A stretch of 64,000 nucleotides of DNA. Source: Epiperipatus broadwayi. Lineage: Eukaryota; Animalia; Onychophora. The DNA lies in NCBI GenBank assembly GCA_028023455.1, contig JAQFVV010000006.1, positions 11,160,001-11,224,000 of the forward strand, written 5' to 3'. The position numbers and the translations under genes are program-made. The notes under the pieces are model-generated. The model was not told the DNA's origin, ran no database searches, and was given only the letters and a program-made list of their open reading frames with translations. Shown piece by piece: positions 40,560 to 53,997 of the stretch; position 1 is the stretch's first letter, and each line of letters begins with the position of its first letter.

Positions 40560-40810
40560 ACTGTAATGTAATTTTCACTACACCACTCTCACATGGGGTG
40601 GGGAGTGGTTTCTATCCATTTTTAATACTTTATGGAAGGATGTAATCATAAACATCATCATAGATGTAAAGAAGATGCATGGTTCTCAAGATGCACATTT
40701 CATGTTGAACCAGCACTCATCAATTGGCCCAGATCACAATCTCTTACACATATCTTTATTATTATTCACTATCTTTACACATATCTTTATTATTATTCAC
40801 TATATATCGA
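40560..40810 (-). repeat. Family-B2 repeat with HHR 40690-40723 (C3 changed to U)
   Basis: UUGAUGA-GUGCUG(GUU)CAACAU-GAAA-UGUGCA-UC/UUGAG. Confidence 0.7.
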
Positions 40811-40889
40811 TGGGGAATTACTACAGTTTAATTGACAAGGGTCAAACTTACTGCCTTCACAATTTTGGCACAAATCACTTGATGGAAAT

Positions 40890-41220
40890 ATATTAATAAT
40901 TGTTATTAGTCATTTATTAGATTAGAGATTATCCACTTAATATTTTTGTAGCGTAATTTTTACTATACCACTCTCATGCAAGATAGGGACTGCTTTCTAT
41001 CAGCTTTTAACACCTTAAGGAGGATTATAATCATAAACATATGACCAAGATATATGAAAAGGATGTTTATGATTACATCTTTCCACAAGTTGCTGAAAGC
41101 AGATAGAAACCAGTCCCTACTTTGTGTGAGAGTGGTGTAGTGAATTTTACACTACAGCAATATTATTCATTAATTAGATAATCTCTAATCTAATGAATGA
41201 CTAATAAACATTGTTAATAT
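40890..41220. repeat. Foldback of the B2-associated sequence
   Basis: Arms ~40890-41041 / 41063-41220. A related foldback lies at 48901-49098. Confidence 0.8.
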
Positions 41221-42349
41221 GGCAAGGCTCTTTTAAAACCTTAGGAAATATCACAAATTGATATATTTGAAAATTTATATTTAATTCCAGGTTTTTTTCT
41301 CCTCAGATATATTTTAGTCTCCAAACACATATGCCATTTATCATATAATCTTGTCAGCTTTTTGAGAGATTTGTCAGTAATCTATTAATTATATTTTTAT
41401 ACTTAAGCTACCCTTTGTCTAGACTTTAAACTGGAGTCAGCAACTTTTATATCAAGAAATGAACCTCAGTGGTAGGTTTATGAAATGAGCACTTACTTAA
41501 ATTTTACAGGCTGGAGTAATTACGAGCGTAAAATGTATTTTAAACACTTTTTATTTTAAGTAAATTTGTTACTTCAAAATTCTACTTACAAAATTTAAAT
41601 ACTTGAAATATAAAAAAATGTTGATGCATACCTTCTGCTAATTTATTACCCTTCAGAAAATAACTAGTTTCTGGTTCTTAACTATACTCTAAATGCTGAT
41701 TTGTAAATTAGGCTTGGTATTCCTATTTGAAAAAAAGGAATTTGCAAGGATTTATTGAAACACAATAAAAATGCATCTTTAGAGTACATTTTCTCAGTAA
41801 AAGTTACTTATTTTTATCTATCAAATTCTTGAGTGTTTCATCATTCTCATATGATCTTAAATTATATTACTTAATATATTTATAATTTACAATTCCAGCT
41901 GTAACAACACATCAAAAAAAAAAACCCACTAATTATTAAAAAAAATAGTTGAGTACAAATACCCTGAAAAGATTAAAGGTCATAACAGGATCTTGTTACA
42001 TTGGCAATGAATAGTGGACATTTCAAAATTGCTATTCATGCACTCTGGTGGTCAAAGCAATACATTCCTGATTGCTGGATAAGACTAAAATTTTAAAAAA
42101 TATAAAAAACTGTTTACTGTAATAAATAATTCAAACCATAAGAATCACAACCTCGGATAGAAAATGTATGGCTTAAAAAGCTTTATTAATATCAGTACAA
42201 ATTTGAAGTTTTATATTCTATCATTATAACAAGATTGTATTAACTATGGTTTTATGTTTCAAGTTGAAATTTTTAGACTTTACAATGATCTGTTTTTAAT
42301 ATTTGAATTTTTTCTACAGTACCGGCTTTTTCACACCTGCACTCCAATA

Positions 42350-42525
42350 TGTAATATATAGGGGGTTTGAACTCAGACTTTCACATGACCCTCAGCTATC
42401 CACACTATCTCTTACTGCTGACACACTTGATTACATACATGTCGAAAAGATAAATAATCACCAATATACGTATTTTGTGCTAAACCAACACTCGTTAGTT
42501 GGTCCATTTATAAAATTTACTAACA
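42350..42525 (-). repeat. Family-B copy with decayed HHR 42465-42498
   Basis: CUAACGA-GUGUUG(GUU)UAGCAC-AAAA-UACGUA-UA/UUGGU. It retains the canonical G10.1-C11.1 pair. Confidence 0.75.
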
Positions 42526-42707
42526 GCATGTAAAAGAAAATATGCTGGTAAAATACTGAAGACACCATAATCAATCTTCAAAATGTTTTCTAATAATAGT
42601 TTTTAAGATATTTAGATTATTAGTTTATATTGTATATACAATAAAGAACCAACATATAAATACATTGCTACCTTTATCAAACTAGTATTAAACAAGAATG
42701 CTTAATG

Positions 42708-42985
42708 TTTTCTTGAAGGTTTTTGATGATGGTGTTCTCGTTGTATTTTTATATTGAACTATTTCCACCATCTAATCTATGTATTGAATGTCTTTAGAAA
42801 CTTTATTTAAATATTCCAAATACATTCAACTGTTAGTAATAGCACATCAAACAGGTTAGTATATGCGCTACATTTCGAGAGGTATTAGTCTCCCCTCTTC
42901 TTTAGGTGTTTCTGGCCTGATCAGTGACAGTACTAGCATGGGATTTGAACTTGGGTCTTTAGAATGCTCTGGCCAACAGCCATTT
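42708..42985 (-). mobile_element. Second copy of the family-E cassette (tRNA-like head + HHR 42869-42905 + tail)
   Basis: Collinear with 53855-54215. The core has G5 changed to A. No GIY-YIG sequence is attached. Confidence 0.8.
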
Positions 42986-43099
42986 CTCCAACATTGTTGC
43001 CAATTTTTATAACAATGGTCTTTGGAATTGTTAGTAGGTAAATTAATCAGAAAGGGATCAAAAAGATAAAGGTTTGATGGTGGAATTTTGTATTTGTAT

Positions 43100-43910
43100 C
43101 GATTAAAAGTAAAAAGTGAACTTCATCTTGGATTCTGGATTTACAGTATGCTGATGATAATGGTATTCTTGCCAATTAAAAAAATTAATTACAGAATGGT
43201 CTAACATTTTGAATTCAATTTATAAAGATTTTGGTTTATTAATTAATGTTCAAAAAAATTCATGTTCCTTATCACCAAATAATGGAAGAAAGATTCTCAG
43301 CAACTTTTATCTTGGATGGTTATCATCTTGAGAATGTAAACCATTTTAAATATTTTAGTAGTTTTACTAATAGAAAGGTGGACTAGATATTGTGATCCAA
43401 CACAGACACTACTATACTGCTATTGTTTTTAAGAAGTTGAGTATTACATTACAGGGAAATACTGCAACTATGTTCTGTATAGAGCTGTTTTTTTAATATA
43501 ATTTATTGTATCAGTATCGGTACAAATAAAGGTATTAGAAAAGTTTCATTTGAGGATGCTCTGTAAAATTAAAAAAAAAAAATGGCAAAATCGTAAAACC
43601 AATCACTATTGCTGGATTGATATTATTGGTCCACTATTGCAAAATCATACCTTTGTTGGATTGAACATGTAAATATATGAACAATGGAAGGCTCCTAAAA
43701 AGATGTTTCATAATGAACTTGAGCATAGGTTTCGTAAGATGGATAATCCCGCTCTGCATTATAAGGATTATCTCAAAGATACTCTAAAGAAATGCAGTGT
43801 CCTTGTTTCCATTGGGAAGATTATGATAGACAATAGAATATATTGGAGAGATACAATTAGACATGATATTGTAAATATTTTAGAAATAAGTTTTCTGCTG
43901 AGATAATTAA
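43100..43910 (+). pseudogene. RTE (BovB-like) LINE RT and C-terminal fragment
   Basis: ILDLQYADD...DFGLLINVQK, and YKDYLKDTLKKC...WRDTI (ORF 43703..43906). Confidence 0.7.
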
Positions 43911-44517
43911 AACGCACAATTGGAATGGCTACATTCATTTTTGACTGGTTATTTATTTATCATTATTAAATGATGAATTATCTTGGAGGATAAATGCCTC
44001 TATAATTCAAAGTTATTAGTTGATGTAAGTGTTCAATGATGATAATAGTCACGAAGGGAATATGAGCTATAACATTAAATCTAAAAAATCAAGAAAAGAC
44101 TTTAATGTTGATAGGTTTATTATCAATGTTGCATGCTGAATGCATTCTGAATTCGTTGTTGTCAGGAGACGTATTTGAATAGCTCTTTGCTTGTTTGTAG
44201 ATTATCATTTCTCTGGTTTGGTACAGGAGTTTATTATTTTTAATTCTTATTACTGGTCATTGTGTTGTGTAATAATGTCTTAGTTCAGTAATGATGTCAT
44301 TTAGCTCCGTTTATACTCGCTGTGCAACATTTCTATTTTCCAAATACTTTAAATCTGCATTTTTAAACATTCTAATCTTTTATTAGCTAATATGTAAAAT
44401 TCTATATTTTGTGTTAATATGTACACACATAAATGATAAGATGAATAAATAATGTTTCTATATTTACAAACACTGATAAACAATTACCATATCTACAAGT
44501 GATAATTCTATAATACT

Positions 44518-44551
44518 CAGCGCTTTCGAAAGTCTGAGCCTTCATTTTCAA
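44518..44551 (-). ncRNA. Decayed HHR in the 3' UTR of the PLE
   Basis: UUGAAAA-U-GAAGG(CUCAGA)CUUUC-GAAA-GCGC-UG, ~55 nt after the PLE stop codon. Stem II and the palindromic AGCGCU are retained, but the core and H17 are mutated. Confidence 0.5.
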
Positions 44552-44605
44552 AGAAGTAGCTGGAATCCGAAGATGTAAATTAGGGTAGACTAGATTTTTG
44601 TTGAC

Positions 44606-45602
44606 TTAGATTTGCCACTTTCTAGAGATAACGTAAAATGTTTCTTTTGTATTCTTTGCATGGATGTCAGAGATGATGAAATATGCCTCTTTGATCTTCC
44701 TTCGTAATTCATGCCATTCTCTGCATACCATGTGAGGGTTACTCAGCATGCACTGGTGCTCTGTAGTAGTGTAGTAGCTGTGTGCTGCCAAATAGAAGGG
44801 TAGGATGAATAAGAGCCTTGTATGCATATATATGTTGTGCAAGTCTTGTGTAGATGGATGCACTAGTCTCGCCATAATATGATGCCAGGCAATTATTGTT
44901 ACTGCACGCAATCTTGTAAATGGCCTGTTGGGCATACATTGGGAAGATGTGGTCTTTAGTGTTGTTGTTGCATCTGTTGAAATTAGGGGGAGAGCGGTAA
45001 CACGTGCTAAAGTTGTCACGGAAGATTGTGTATAAATCTTTGTGTATATTTTTGATATATGGCTGCAAAATTCAAGGTTTATTCTGTTTGTTTTCTCAAA
45101 TGGGGTTGTTTTTAAAATTTCTGATAATGTTATCAATTGATCCCCTGTTATATTTGCTTTTATTAATTCATTTCTGAACATCTCAAGGTTCTTCGTTTTA
45201 TCAGCTTCAAAGCTGCACAGATTTGCATTTCTATGTAAAAAAGTTTTCAGACCAACCATTTTATATGTATATGAAGTGCTCGATGAGTGGTATATGTGGC
45301 CCCTAACATTGATCGGTTTGATGGTCATTCTATATACAGAAGCGATGGGCCTCCATCCCCACTTGTAGATCTAGATATTTAATGCTATTCGGAGCTTCAT
45401 TTTGAGTTGTGTTTATGTGTAGACCTGATGCTGTTGTGAGGTCTGTCTTAACGTCTTCTATTATTTCTTTGGGTGCAGCTATACAAATATCGTCCACGTA
45501 TCTAGTGTATAGCAATAACCCACAGCCCATGTATCTCGGGATGATTATTTGCTCATATGCATTCATCATAATATAGAAATTTACGTATATATAAACTAAC
45601 AC
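44606..45602 (-). pseudogene. 5'-truncated Penelope-like retroelement (RT-thumb-GIY-YIG), frameshifted
   Basis: YTRYVDDI and IKYLDL (RT); KPINVRGHIYH...FLHRNANLCS (thumb); AIYKIACSNNNCLASYYGETS...RLAQH and LAAH...RKIKEAYFI (GIY-YIG with CCHH). Confidence 0.85.
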
Positions 45603-46569
45603 ATAGTTGAACGTTAAATATTAGCTAATATGCTAATTCCCTAAATCACATTTTAATTTTCTTAATGAAGTATATTAATTTGATAGTTTGTTATTCACAA
45701 TTTATATTCCACAACATAGGATCTTAACCATGTGCAGATTTATTTATTTTTTTAAATTATTCCACAACTGACTTTACTTATTCAAATTATACGGTTACGA
45801 AAATTTCTTTCAAGAATAGATAGCTAATGAAAGCAACAACACTAATTTATAGCGTTCTGTAATGTTAAATTTTAATGTAGATATTTTGATTATGCAAAAG
45901 AAACCAGTTTAATGCGGTTTGACATGGTTGGTGGAATGTCCTACTTGGGGTCGGAAAGCTACAGATTCGATTCTGACACTAGAACTTCTTATGAACTCCT
46001 GAGCAATAAAGACATACGTTTCTGTGATAGTAACTTGTAAAAGACTTTGCATTAAATATGTATATATTTCCAATGTATATCTTTATGTTGTATGAAATAT
46101 TAAATTGATCAAACACTTAGATGATATCACATCTTCTTTACATTATTTTGCAGCATTCTTTGCAAATGATTGTTTTTGTTCTAGTTAACAAATCATTGCA
46201 TTACATGCTTTACAATTAGTGCCGTAGTTTGATATCCTTTTTATCTATGAATTATACGTTTGATACTGAAATATATTTTTTCTCTAATAATTTTTCATAA
46301 TTCCACATGTTAATTCTAATTTACTCTCTGCTGCCTTCTATTTGTTTTGGTTTTTTTTAATCTATTTTTACTTATTTTGCTCTGCTTTCTTCTTTTTGTT
46401 TTTTTAATCTATTTTTACTTATTTTGGTATTGCTTGCAGCAATATAAGATTATATTAATGACGGTTAATCACAGTAATGGTGACAAGTCAATATTATTTT
46501 CAATTGCATGGAAGTAAGCAATCATAAATTACTGCCTTAGTACACATTGAACATTTGATTCTCTTTTAG

Positions 46570-46658
46570 GATATGCTCTTGGTTTTAGTCCAATACCATT
46601 AGAAGCTGTTCTTTTTGACGTTGACCCCATATTTCCATTGCATTGTAATATTAAATGA
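46570..46658 (+). CDS. Candidate terminal host exon (YALGFSPIPLEAVLFDVDPIFPLHCNIK*)
   Basis: Acceptor TTCTCTTTTAG, open frame to TGA, joins 40324 in frame via an AGA codon. Protein not recognised. Confidence 0.35.
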
Positions 46659-48447
46659 AGAGACTATTTACATTTCTCCTGCACCATAATCTGGAAAATT
46701 TTACGAAATGTTCTAAACATTTATTCATTTCATTTTTAAATGATGCCGATATGGTATACCGGGATTTTTTTAGCTTTATTTTTATAATTATATTTGGTGG
46801 TACTTCTGAGCTTTCATGTAAACCAAGATGGCAGCCCATAGTTTTATAAATCTACAGTTTCGGGCCCCCAAGAAATGTTTTCAAAAAAATGCCTGCTAGA
46901 AAATGTATTTAATAATTACATTTTATTTTTTATTACTGTTATTATTATTATTATTTTTTTTAAAAAAATCATAGTGGAAAAATTAATTGCAATATTTACA
47001 GTTTATTTTTTTTTTTAATTAACTTATTAATAGAAAAGTGAAAATATATATATAAATACAATATTTACACTTCAGCAGTGTGCAGTCATATCTTGACCAT
47101 TAGCACGCACTTTTCAGGAGGCAGGATCCCGAACCTTTGGAAGTAGTCCACTGCATCACACATTCTGTGACAGGAAGATCCCAAATTTTTATCATTATGA
47201 TAATTTACAAAAAAAAAACTACTGACAAAAAGAAACATGCTGAATTGAACCAAAGTACGACATTGTTAAGAGTGTCTCATCACTTCTCACGTTATAAGTA
47301 AAAAAAAATTGAAATAAAGCTGTTTAATGAAATTTATTAGAATTTATTCCTTTTTTAAAATTTAACAATCCATTTATTAATTTTGTTTTAATTTAACAAC
47401 TAACACATCTTCGGTAGATTATAGGCTCTCAAAACTATACATTTATCAAAAATACAGGGTGCCATCTTGGTTTTCTTGAAAACTCACAAGTACCTTATAT
47501 TTGTTTTCGACTTCACTTTTGTTATAGTAGTGTTGAAGTTTATGAAATTAAATAAATGTGTGTGTTATTTTATAACATTTTCTTTCATTTTATAAACTTT
47601 GAAATAGTCATTTTGTTTTTCTGTTGGTTTAGGTTGATGTATGAATTGAACTATTAATCCATACACTAAAGGCGCACTGAATATTTTTTTTTTTTGGAAT
47701 ACATAGAATACCATTTTATTATTATCAGGAATTGATATTGACATGGGCTAATAATAACAATAACAGGAATTAATTAGCAGGAATAGTCCACTCTATCATC
47801 TTACTCCAGTTTCAGCTATGTGCAGCTTGAGTAATCAGTGGAGACTGGCTATTTCAAACTGAAGATGAAGAATCTTGGGAAGTCATATGACATTTAAACA
47901 CTAAAATGATAGGTTGAGCTTTGATTCCAGAACTTTTTATTATATATTGTCATATTACCATTGCACTAAACAACTTCGGACTATGTGAACCAATTCCCAG
48001 ACTAATTATTGATTATCGACCTTTGGATTGCTATATATATATGCAGCAGCTATCCTTTACTGTTAATGATTTAAACATTTCTTCACCCTAAACTTTTGAA
48101 CTCGAGCCTAGCCTGATAATTTGGCTGACAATACCATTTGATGTCTGTTTACATAAATGGTTCTAAAATATGAATAAGAAATGTACTGATTTTAATGTAG
48201 ATATTAAATATAAGCAAAGAAAGTTATTTTGATGTTTTGTTAAGAATTATTTATTTAAGTTAAATAATAACAAATAGTTATCATTCTTTATAATCACTTT
48301 ATACATGCAATTTCTTTGTTACTTTAAATCTAAAGTGAGCACTTCAGTAATGAATAATATTTCTGTAGTGTAATTTTTTTTAGAAGTATTATTCTTATAT
48401 CCTCGCCTTTACTTTTTTTGCATTCCTTCATAAAAGAAAGAGGAGTT

Positions 48448-48555
48448 GTCTTGCATTGGTGGTCGAGAGGTCAGCGCGACTGCCTTGCACTTGCAGGCAG
48501 TTGCCCGGGTTGCGGGTTTGCATCCCGGCCGATGCTATGACACTTAAAAAAAAAA
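48448..48555 (+). mobile_element. tRNA-derived SINE (diverged relative of 34129)
   Basis: gtcttgc...gagaggtc...ggtttgcatcccggccgatgctatgaca plus poly-A. No clear TSD. Confidence 0.75.
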
Positions 48556-48559
48556 GGTT

Positions 48560-49640
48560 ATGGAAAAGCTCTGATGAAGACTGTAGGACAGTCAAAACTG
48601 AAAATTAAAGGAATTATATAAAAAAAAATTGCATTCGAGTATATATGTGGAGATTTATAAAAAATAATAGTATATTTTTCATTACGCCATTCTCATGCAA
48701 GTTAGGGACTGATTTCTATCCGCTTTTAACACATTGCGAAGGGATGTAATCATAAACATGTGATTACTACAGACATGTAAAAAGATCCATGCTGAACCAT
48801 CACTCATCAGTTGGTCCAGATCACAATCTCTTACACATCTTTATGATTGTTCAGTATATATGTATCTAAATAACATGTGCTGCCCTCACAACTTAAAAGT
48901 ATATTAATAATTCTTATTAGTCATTCATAAACTAGAGATTATCCAATAATTAATAATATTTCTGTAGTTAATTGTCACTTCACGGTAGGGACTGGTTTCT
49001 ATCCCCTTTTAAGTGGTGTAGTAAAAATCACACTACAGAAATATTATTCATTATTGGATAATCTCTAGATTTTTGAATGACTTATAAAAATTATTGAAGA
49101 CTTCAGTGGTTTAATATAATGATGGAGTGGTGGATACGGAGTTCCAGTCCACGAATTATAGTTCCAACTGTCTTTTCTATTATTCAAACTTTTTATGAAC
49201 TGAGAATTAACCATTCAATTATTTTATTTAATTGAAGCAGAATATCTCTACTATTCAATATATTTAGCATGTTTTGCTAAATATAATATAAATTCTGAAG
49301 AAGACTAAAACGAACAAAACTGTCAGCCTAAAAGTGATTACCCAACTAAACATCACGTGATCATTATTTCCTATGCTTACACAAGCTGTTAAACCAGAGG
49401 AAAAACTCTCCATACAGTAGTACCACTCAGTGCAAGCTAGAGTAATCAATAGATCGTAAGATCTAGTTGTAATGCTCTCAGATTCATGGCTCCTCACTGA
49501 TGAAAGCCACAAGCTAGAAACTAGTATAAGGTTATTTGATGAGTAGGCACTAGATAAGGATTTTATGCACACACCTTCTTGCATCCATTGATTACTGTGG
49601 CTTGCACTGGATGACCCTACTGTATGGAGAGTTTTGCTTC
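48560..49640. repeat. Cluster of HHR-family fragments (A at 48571 +, B2 half at ~48790 -, foldback 48901-49098, family C 49335-49640)
   Basis: Each piece matches other copies in the window. The family-C HHR at 49497-49526 (+) has a GUA site and a broken stem I. Confidence 0.75.
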
Positions 49641-51129
49641 TGCTCTAAAAGTGATTATTGTTATTGTCTTTATTTATGATAATAGAGCTCATGTAAAAAA
49701 TAATGGCAGATATAAAAGATTATTATAATTACACAAAAATATATACATTTGTTCTAATTTCATAAGCTTTTTTTAGTACTAGACAACGGCTGTTTTTCAA
49801 AGCTTTATAAGGTACTACTAAAATTGTATAATGGTTTAATTGGTTGCTCAGGATGTCATATGACATGAGAGAAGCTAAGTAACCTGTTAACCACAAGAAT
49901 TTCATTCAACTGAACAAACTGGGATATTTTGTTTTAAATCAGGGAACTTTTATTTCATCATTTTATTAAACTTCTAACGACTTAGTGATATACATTAAAA
50001 TAACCGGCTTTTCCCCGTCATTTTTGAGAATATGTTCGCTGTCTATACAAATACTTGGCTAGCAAATTATTATATTGGGGAAGAATTAATTATTTTACGT
50101 ATTTTATTCGGGAATGTATAATTTAATTTCATCATTTTTTAAAAAGTATTAATAATGAAGAAAATCCACTATTTACCAGTTAGATAAATGTAAAAATTAT
50201 TTTGTTTTTAACTGAATATTTTATTGAATACTGAGAGGTTTTTTTCTTTAATTTCCTGGTTCTTGGAAACACTCCACTTTCTACAGTTAAACTTTGGAAC
50301 TTATCTATTATACACAATCATTAATGTTAATTTTGTCTTTTTTTTTCATAAAGAAAAAAAATGGGCTGGGGAAATGAGTTCAAGAAATTTTTTGACGTAC
50401 TCGTGTATTCAATGTACTCTAGATTTTCCTAAGCTCTTCCAGTCATTAAATATAAATTATTGCGTTGTTTAACTATCATTAAGAAACATCGCCAGATTTG
50501 TTTTTCTATAGAAACGTTAGATTTTTTTTTTTTTTTAGTCTGCTTTTTTCAAAATTAAAAGGCCTCATTGTAAATTTTATTATGTATTATATATATTACA
50601 TTCATTCGAATAATTGGTAGTGCAGAGATAGGGCATCGACCATGCTCACGATTTAGAATTCGAATCCAGGTCAAAATCTTTTTCATAAGTTTAGGATTTT
50701 TTTCTCAGATAACTGGTTTAGCCAAATCAATTAACAATCCATTATTGGTTGGTAAATGAGTATCCAGTTATTCGTAGTTAAAAAATGCAGTGGGCTATTT
50801 CAAAAAGCCACATTATCGATTCCTTCAGTACAATGGTATTTTATATATTTTATAAATTTTGGAAAATATGGGCACTTTAAAAAAAATAAAGCAAAAATAT
50901 ATTGAGTCTATGTATATGCTATATGTATTCATATAGACCAACTAAATATATGCTCCAGAGACAAATATGCATCAGAGATTTTGATTAAAATATTCATTAA
51001 TAATTTCAAATAATGTAATAATCAGGGATATATAAATATGTGTCTCTTGATTCATAGGTACGATATAACTAAACAATTGAATATTGCGATCGATGTTTAA
51101 CATTTAACTGTTAGCAATGATAGATAGTT

Positions 51130-51330
51130 AGCTGTTCTTTCCACCATCTTAACACTGTGGACAGGTCCAGAGAAAAGTCATACCACGAATTCGTCCATTT
51201 CTCCACCCTGTTTTCTTTGTTGCCCTCTTCTTCAACTCATAACTCTTCCCATCTCTTATGTCAACCAGTAATATCAATCTTTTCCATCCTTTCAAAGGTT
51301 TTCACTCTCCATTTCCTCCAAAACATCTTT
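51130..51330 (-). pseudogene. RTE-type LINE 3' fragment
   Basis: The minus strand gives LLVDIRDGKSYELKKRA...W, resembling an RTE C-terminus. Confidence 0.45.
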
Positions 51331-53253
51331 CATTAAACTATAATTTCCTTTTAATAGAAAAATATTCAAATCACTCTTTCAAACATTAAGAGGCTGTTTG
51401 AGGTTCAGACTTTAGATTTATTTATAGAAAGCATTGCTGAAATATCTTAACACTTGGAAGAGTGATTTGAATATTTTTCTATTTAATTTTCAACTACTGT
51501 TGTGCATTATAATATTTTTTTTTTTTAATATATATCCAATTTCATTTTCTATTTCTAATCAGAAAATAATGTGTATATTTCTTTTCTGAAAAACTGATGT
51601 GTCCGTTCAAGTTGGTGACGTGGCACATTTAATTTTTTTTGCGCTTTATATATTATCAGTAAATGTTAAAGTAAACCACTCATCACATGATCACCCACTC
51701 TTATGCTAGCACCTGTTATTAAAAGCAAGGGTGGCACTACTGTATGGAGAGTTTTGCCTGTTTAATAAGTGTTAAAGTAAATTGAAACTTATATAAATAG
51801 AAAACTATTTGTTCTACAGTACTTTTATTTGATTGTAGTAATTGTATATTAGTACACCTGATATCTGTTTTTTGGAGAGTTTATTTATGTTATATAACTC
51901 GGAAGTTTCAGTTACTTCTTGTTCAGTTCTTTTTTTTTGTCACTATAATGCCATCTAGTGGAAGCTTTAATAATCAATAGATGTTGGATGGTAATGCTTG
52001 GTAAATACTTATCCAATACTATCCTATCCAACATCGCCAGATTAGTTTTTAAGTTATGACTTTCTCTGATGATGTGCTTTGGATTTGAGAATAGTGCACC
52101 TGAATCTTTTGGATCTAATATACCTTTCCTCTAGCAGCCATCTCACCAATGAAAGCCATAAGTTTGAAAATAGTCTGGTGGTAGTGGATAGAGATTTGTT
52201 AAGCACTACTAACTGGCATAATTGATTACTAAAACTTACACTAGGTGGAATAATAATGCTGAGAAAAAAAAAAAATTGCTGCTGAAAAGCATTATGTAAA
52301 CATTGTGTGAAATAGAGTCATGTGATATCGGAATTTAATTAGTAGAGGAATAGAATTTTAGGTAAATTTAGGTTTATATATTTACTGTTTTATTTTTATT
52401 TATTTTTAATAATTTGTCTAAACCTTCAAGAGAAATTCAAGAAAGTATAATATTAACAGCATACGGAGAGTTATTTCTTCAATTTTTTAAACTTTTTATA
52501 TCAGTTGGATGCATAATGACAATTTACAATCCTATATATAAAATCCCTAAATATTTGTCTGTAATGCTGTCATGTGATATTCAAGTTAAACAATTCTTTG
52601 TTAGAGGGCATATTTTTCAAGGAAAAAAATAATTATATGTTCCACCATTAATAAACTATAATTTCTTTATGAAGCATTTTATGCAAAGGAAGTAATTTTT
52701 TTTTCCATGGGCTGGGTACACTTGCCAGCAAGTAATTCCACAAATAAATAAAAAATTGTTAAAAGTAACCAATTAAAAAAGGCACTGTACTCTAAAAAAA
52801 ATAGGTATTTTACAAGACAAATGGAATAAAACTTTTTGAAGGAAAAAACACTTGGAAAAAAAACAGTACATGTGCTTTTAACTATAGTACTGAATTGAAT
52901 AGGTATATTATGTAAATCATGAAGATAATGTGATTACAGTACATGAATTCATATTTGAAATGTGATATTTGGTGAGGGGAAAAAATAGAGGCTATAGTAC
53001 TGTATTCACCTGTATTTTTATATTGACTATTTCCATCATCTAATATGTGTGTTGAATGTCTTTAGAAAAGTTTTATTTTTAGTTAAATATTCCAAATGCA
53101 TTCAACTGTTACTAATATCACAGCAAACAGATTAGTATATGCACCAACTGTTAGTAATATCACAGCAAACAAATGTTAATAATATCACAGCAAACAGGTT
53201 AGTATATGCACTAACTGTTAGTAATATCACAGCAAACAGGTTAGTATATGCAC

Positions 53254-53290
53254 AACGTTTCGAGAGGTATTTTTCTCCCCTCTTCTTCAG
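53254..53290 (-). ncRNA. Family-E hammerhead
   Basis: CAC-CUGAAGA-A-GAGGGG(AGAAAAAUA)CCUCUC-GAAA-CG-UU/GUG; palindromic AACGUU in stem III. Confidence 0.7.
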
Positions 53291-53854
53291 GTGTTGCTGG
53301 CCTGACCAGTGACAGTACTAGCATGGGATTCGAACCTGGGTCCTTAGATTCTTGATTATTGAAATTTAAGGTAACGCTCTAACCAACTGAGTCATCCTGC
53401 CAAAGGCAACAGTATGTAGTAATTGCATATACTTATCTATGAGGTTCCTCCTGATTTCTCCACTTTTTCCTCAGAGCAAAGTTGATTAGTGTTTTCCATA
53501 CATTATGTATAGTCACACTAGGTTGGCTTATGGGATTTTTTGCCATTGTCATGTGAGCAGCTTCTTTAAATTTTCTTCTTTGTACCTTTTCTTCTTTATC
53601 CAATATTTTTGTATTTTCCCAATTGAACGTATGTTCATTGGTCCATACATGGTCTGCTACTTTAGACACATCTGTTTTAAGAAGAAAATTTAAAGAAGCT
53701 GCTCACATGACAATGGCAAAAAATCCCATAAGCCAACCTAGTGTGACTATACATAATGTATGGAAATCACTAATCAAAAAAAAAAAGAAAAAGTGGAGAA
53801 ATCAGGAGGAACCTCATAGATAAGTATATGAAATTACTACATACTGTTGCCTTT

Positions 53855-53935
53855 GGCAGGATGGCTCAGTTGGTTAGAGCGTTACCTTAAATTTCAATAA
53901 TCAAGAATCTAAGGACCCAGGTTCGAATCCCATGC
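53855..53935 (+). promoter_or_regulatory. tRNA-derived Pol III (A/B box) segment inside the PLE 3' region; mirror copy 53321-53401 (-)
   Basis: A box TGGCTCAGTTGG, D-stem GCTC/GAGC, B box GGTTCGAATCC (53920-53930). Anticodon and acceptor arms are not intact, so it is not a functional tRNA. Confidence 0.8.
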
Positions 53936-53960
53936 TAGTACTGTCAAAGGCCAGCAACAC

Positions 53961-53997
53961 CTGAAGAAGAGGGGAGAAAAATACCTCTCGAAATGTT
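53961..53997 (+). ncRNA. Family-E hammerhead (mirror copy)
   Basis: Same core with GAAA-UG-UU. Extended stem I CAGCAACAC / GUGUU(U)GCUG. Confidence 0.7.

Noticed and set aside
49295-49324. CUGAAGA...AAAACUGUC
   Set aside because: Stem II and G12 are lost; possibly a family-A relic but not callable.
53855-53935. Functional tRNA gene
   Set aside because: The D stem and boxes are present, but the acceptor, anticodon and T stems do not pair; treated as a tRNA-derived promoter.
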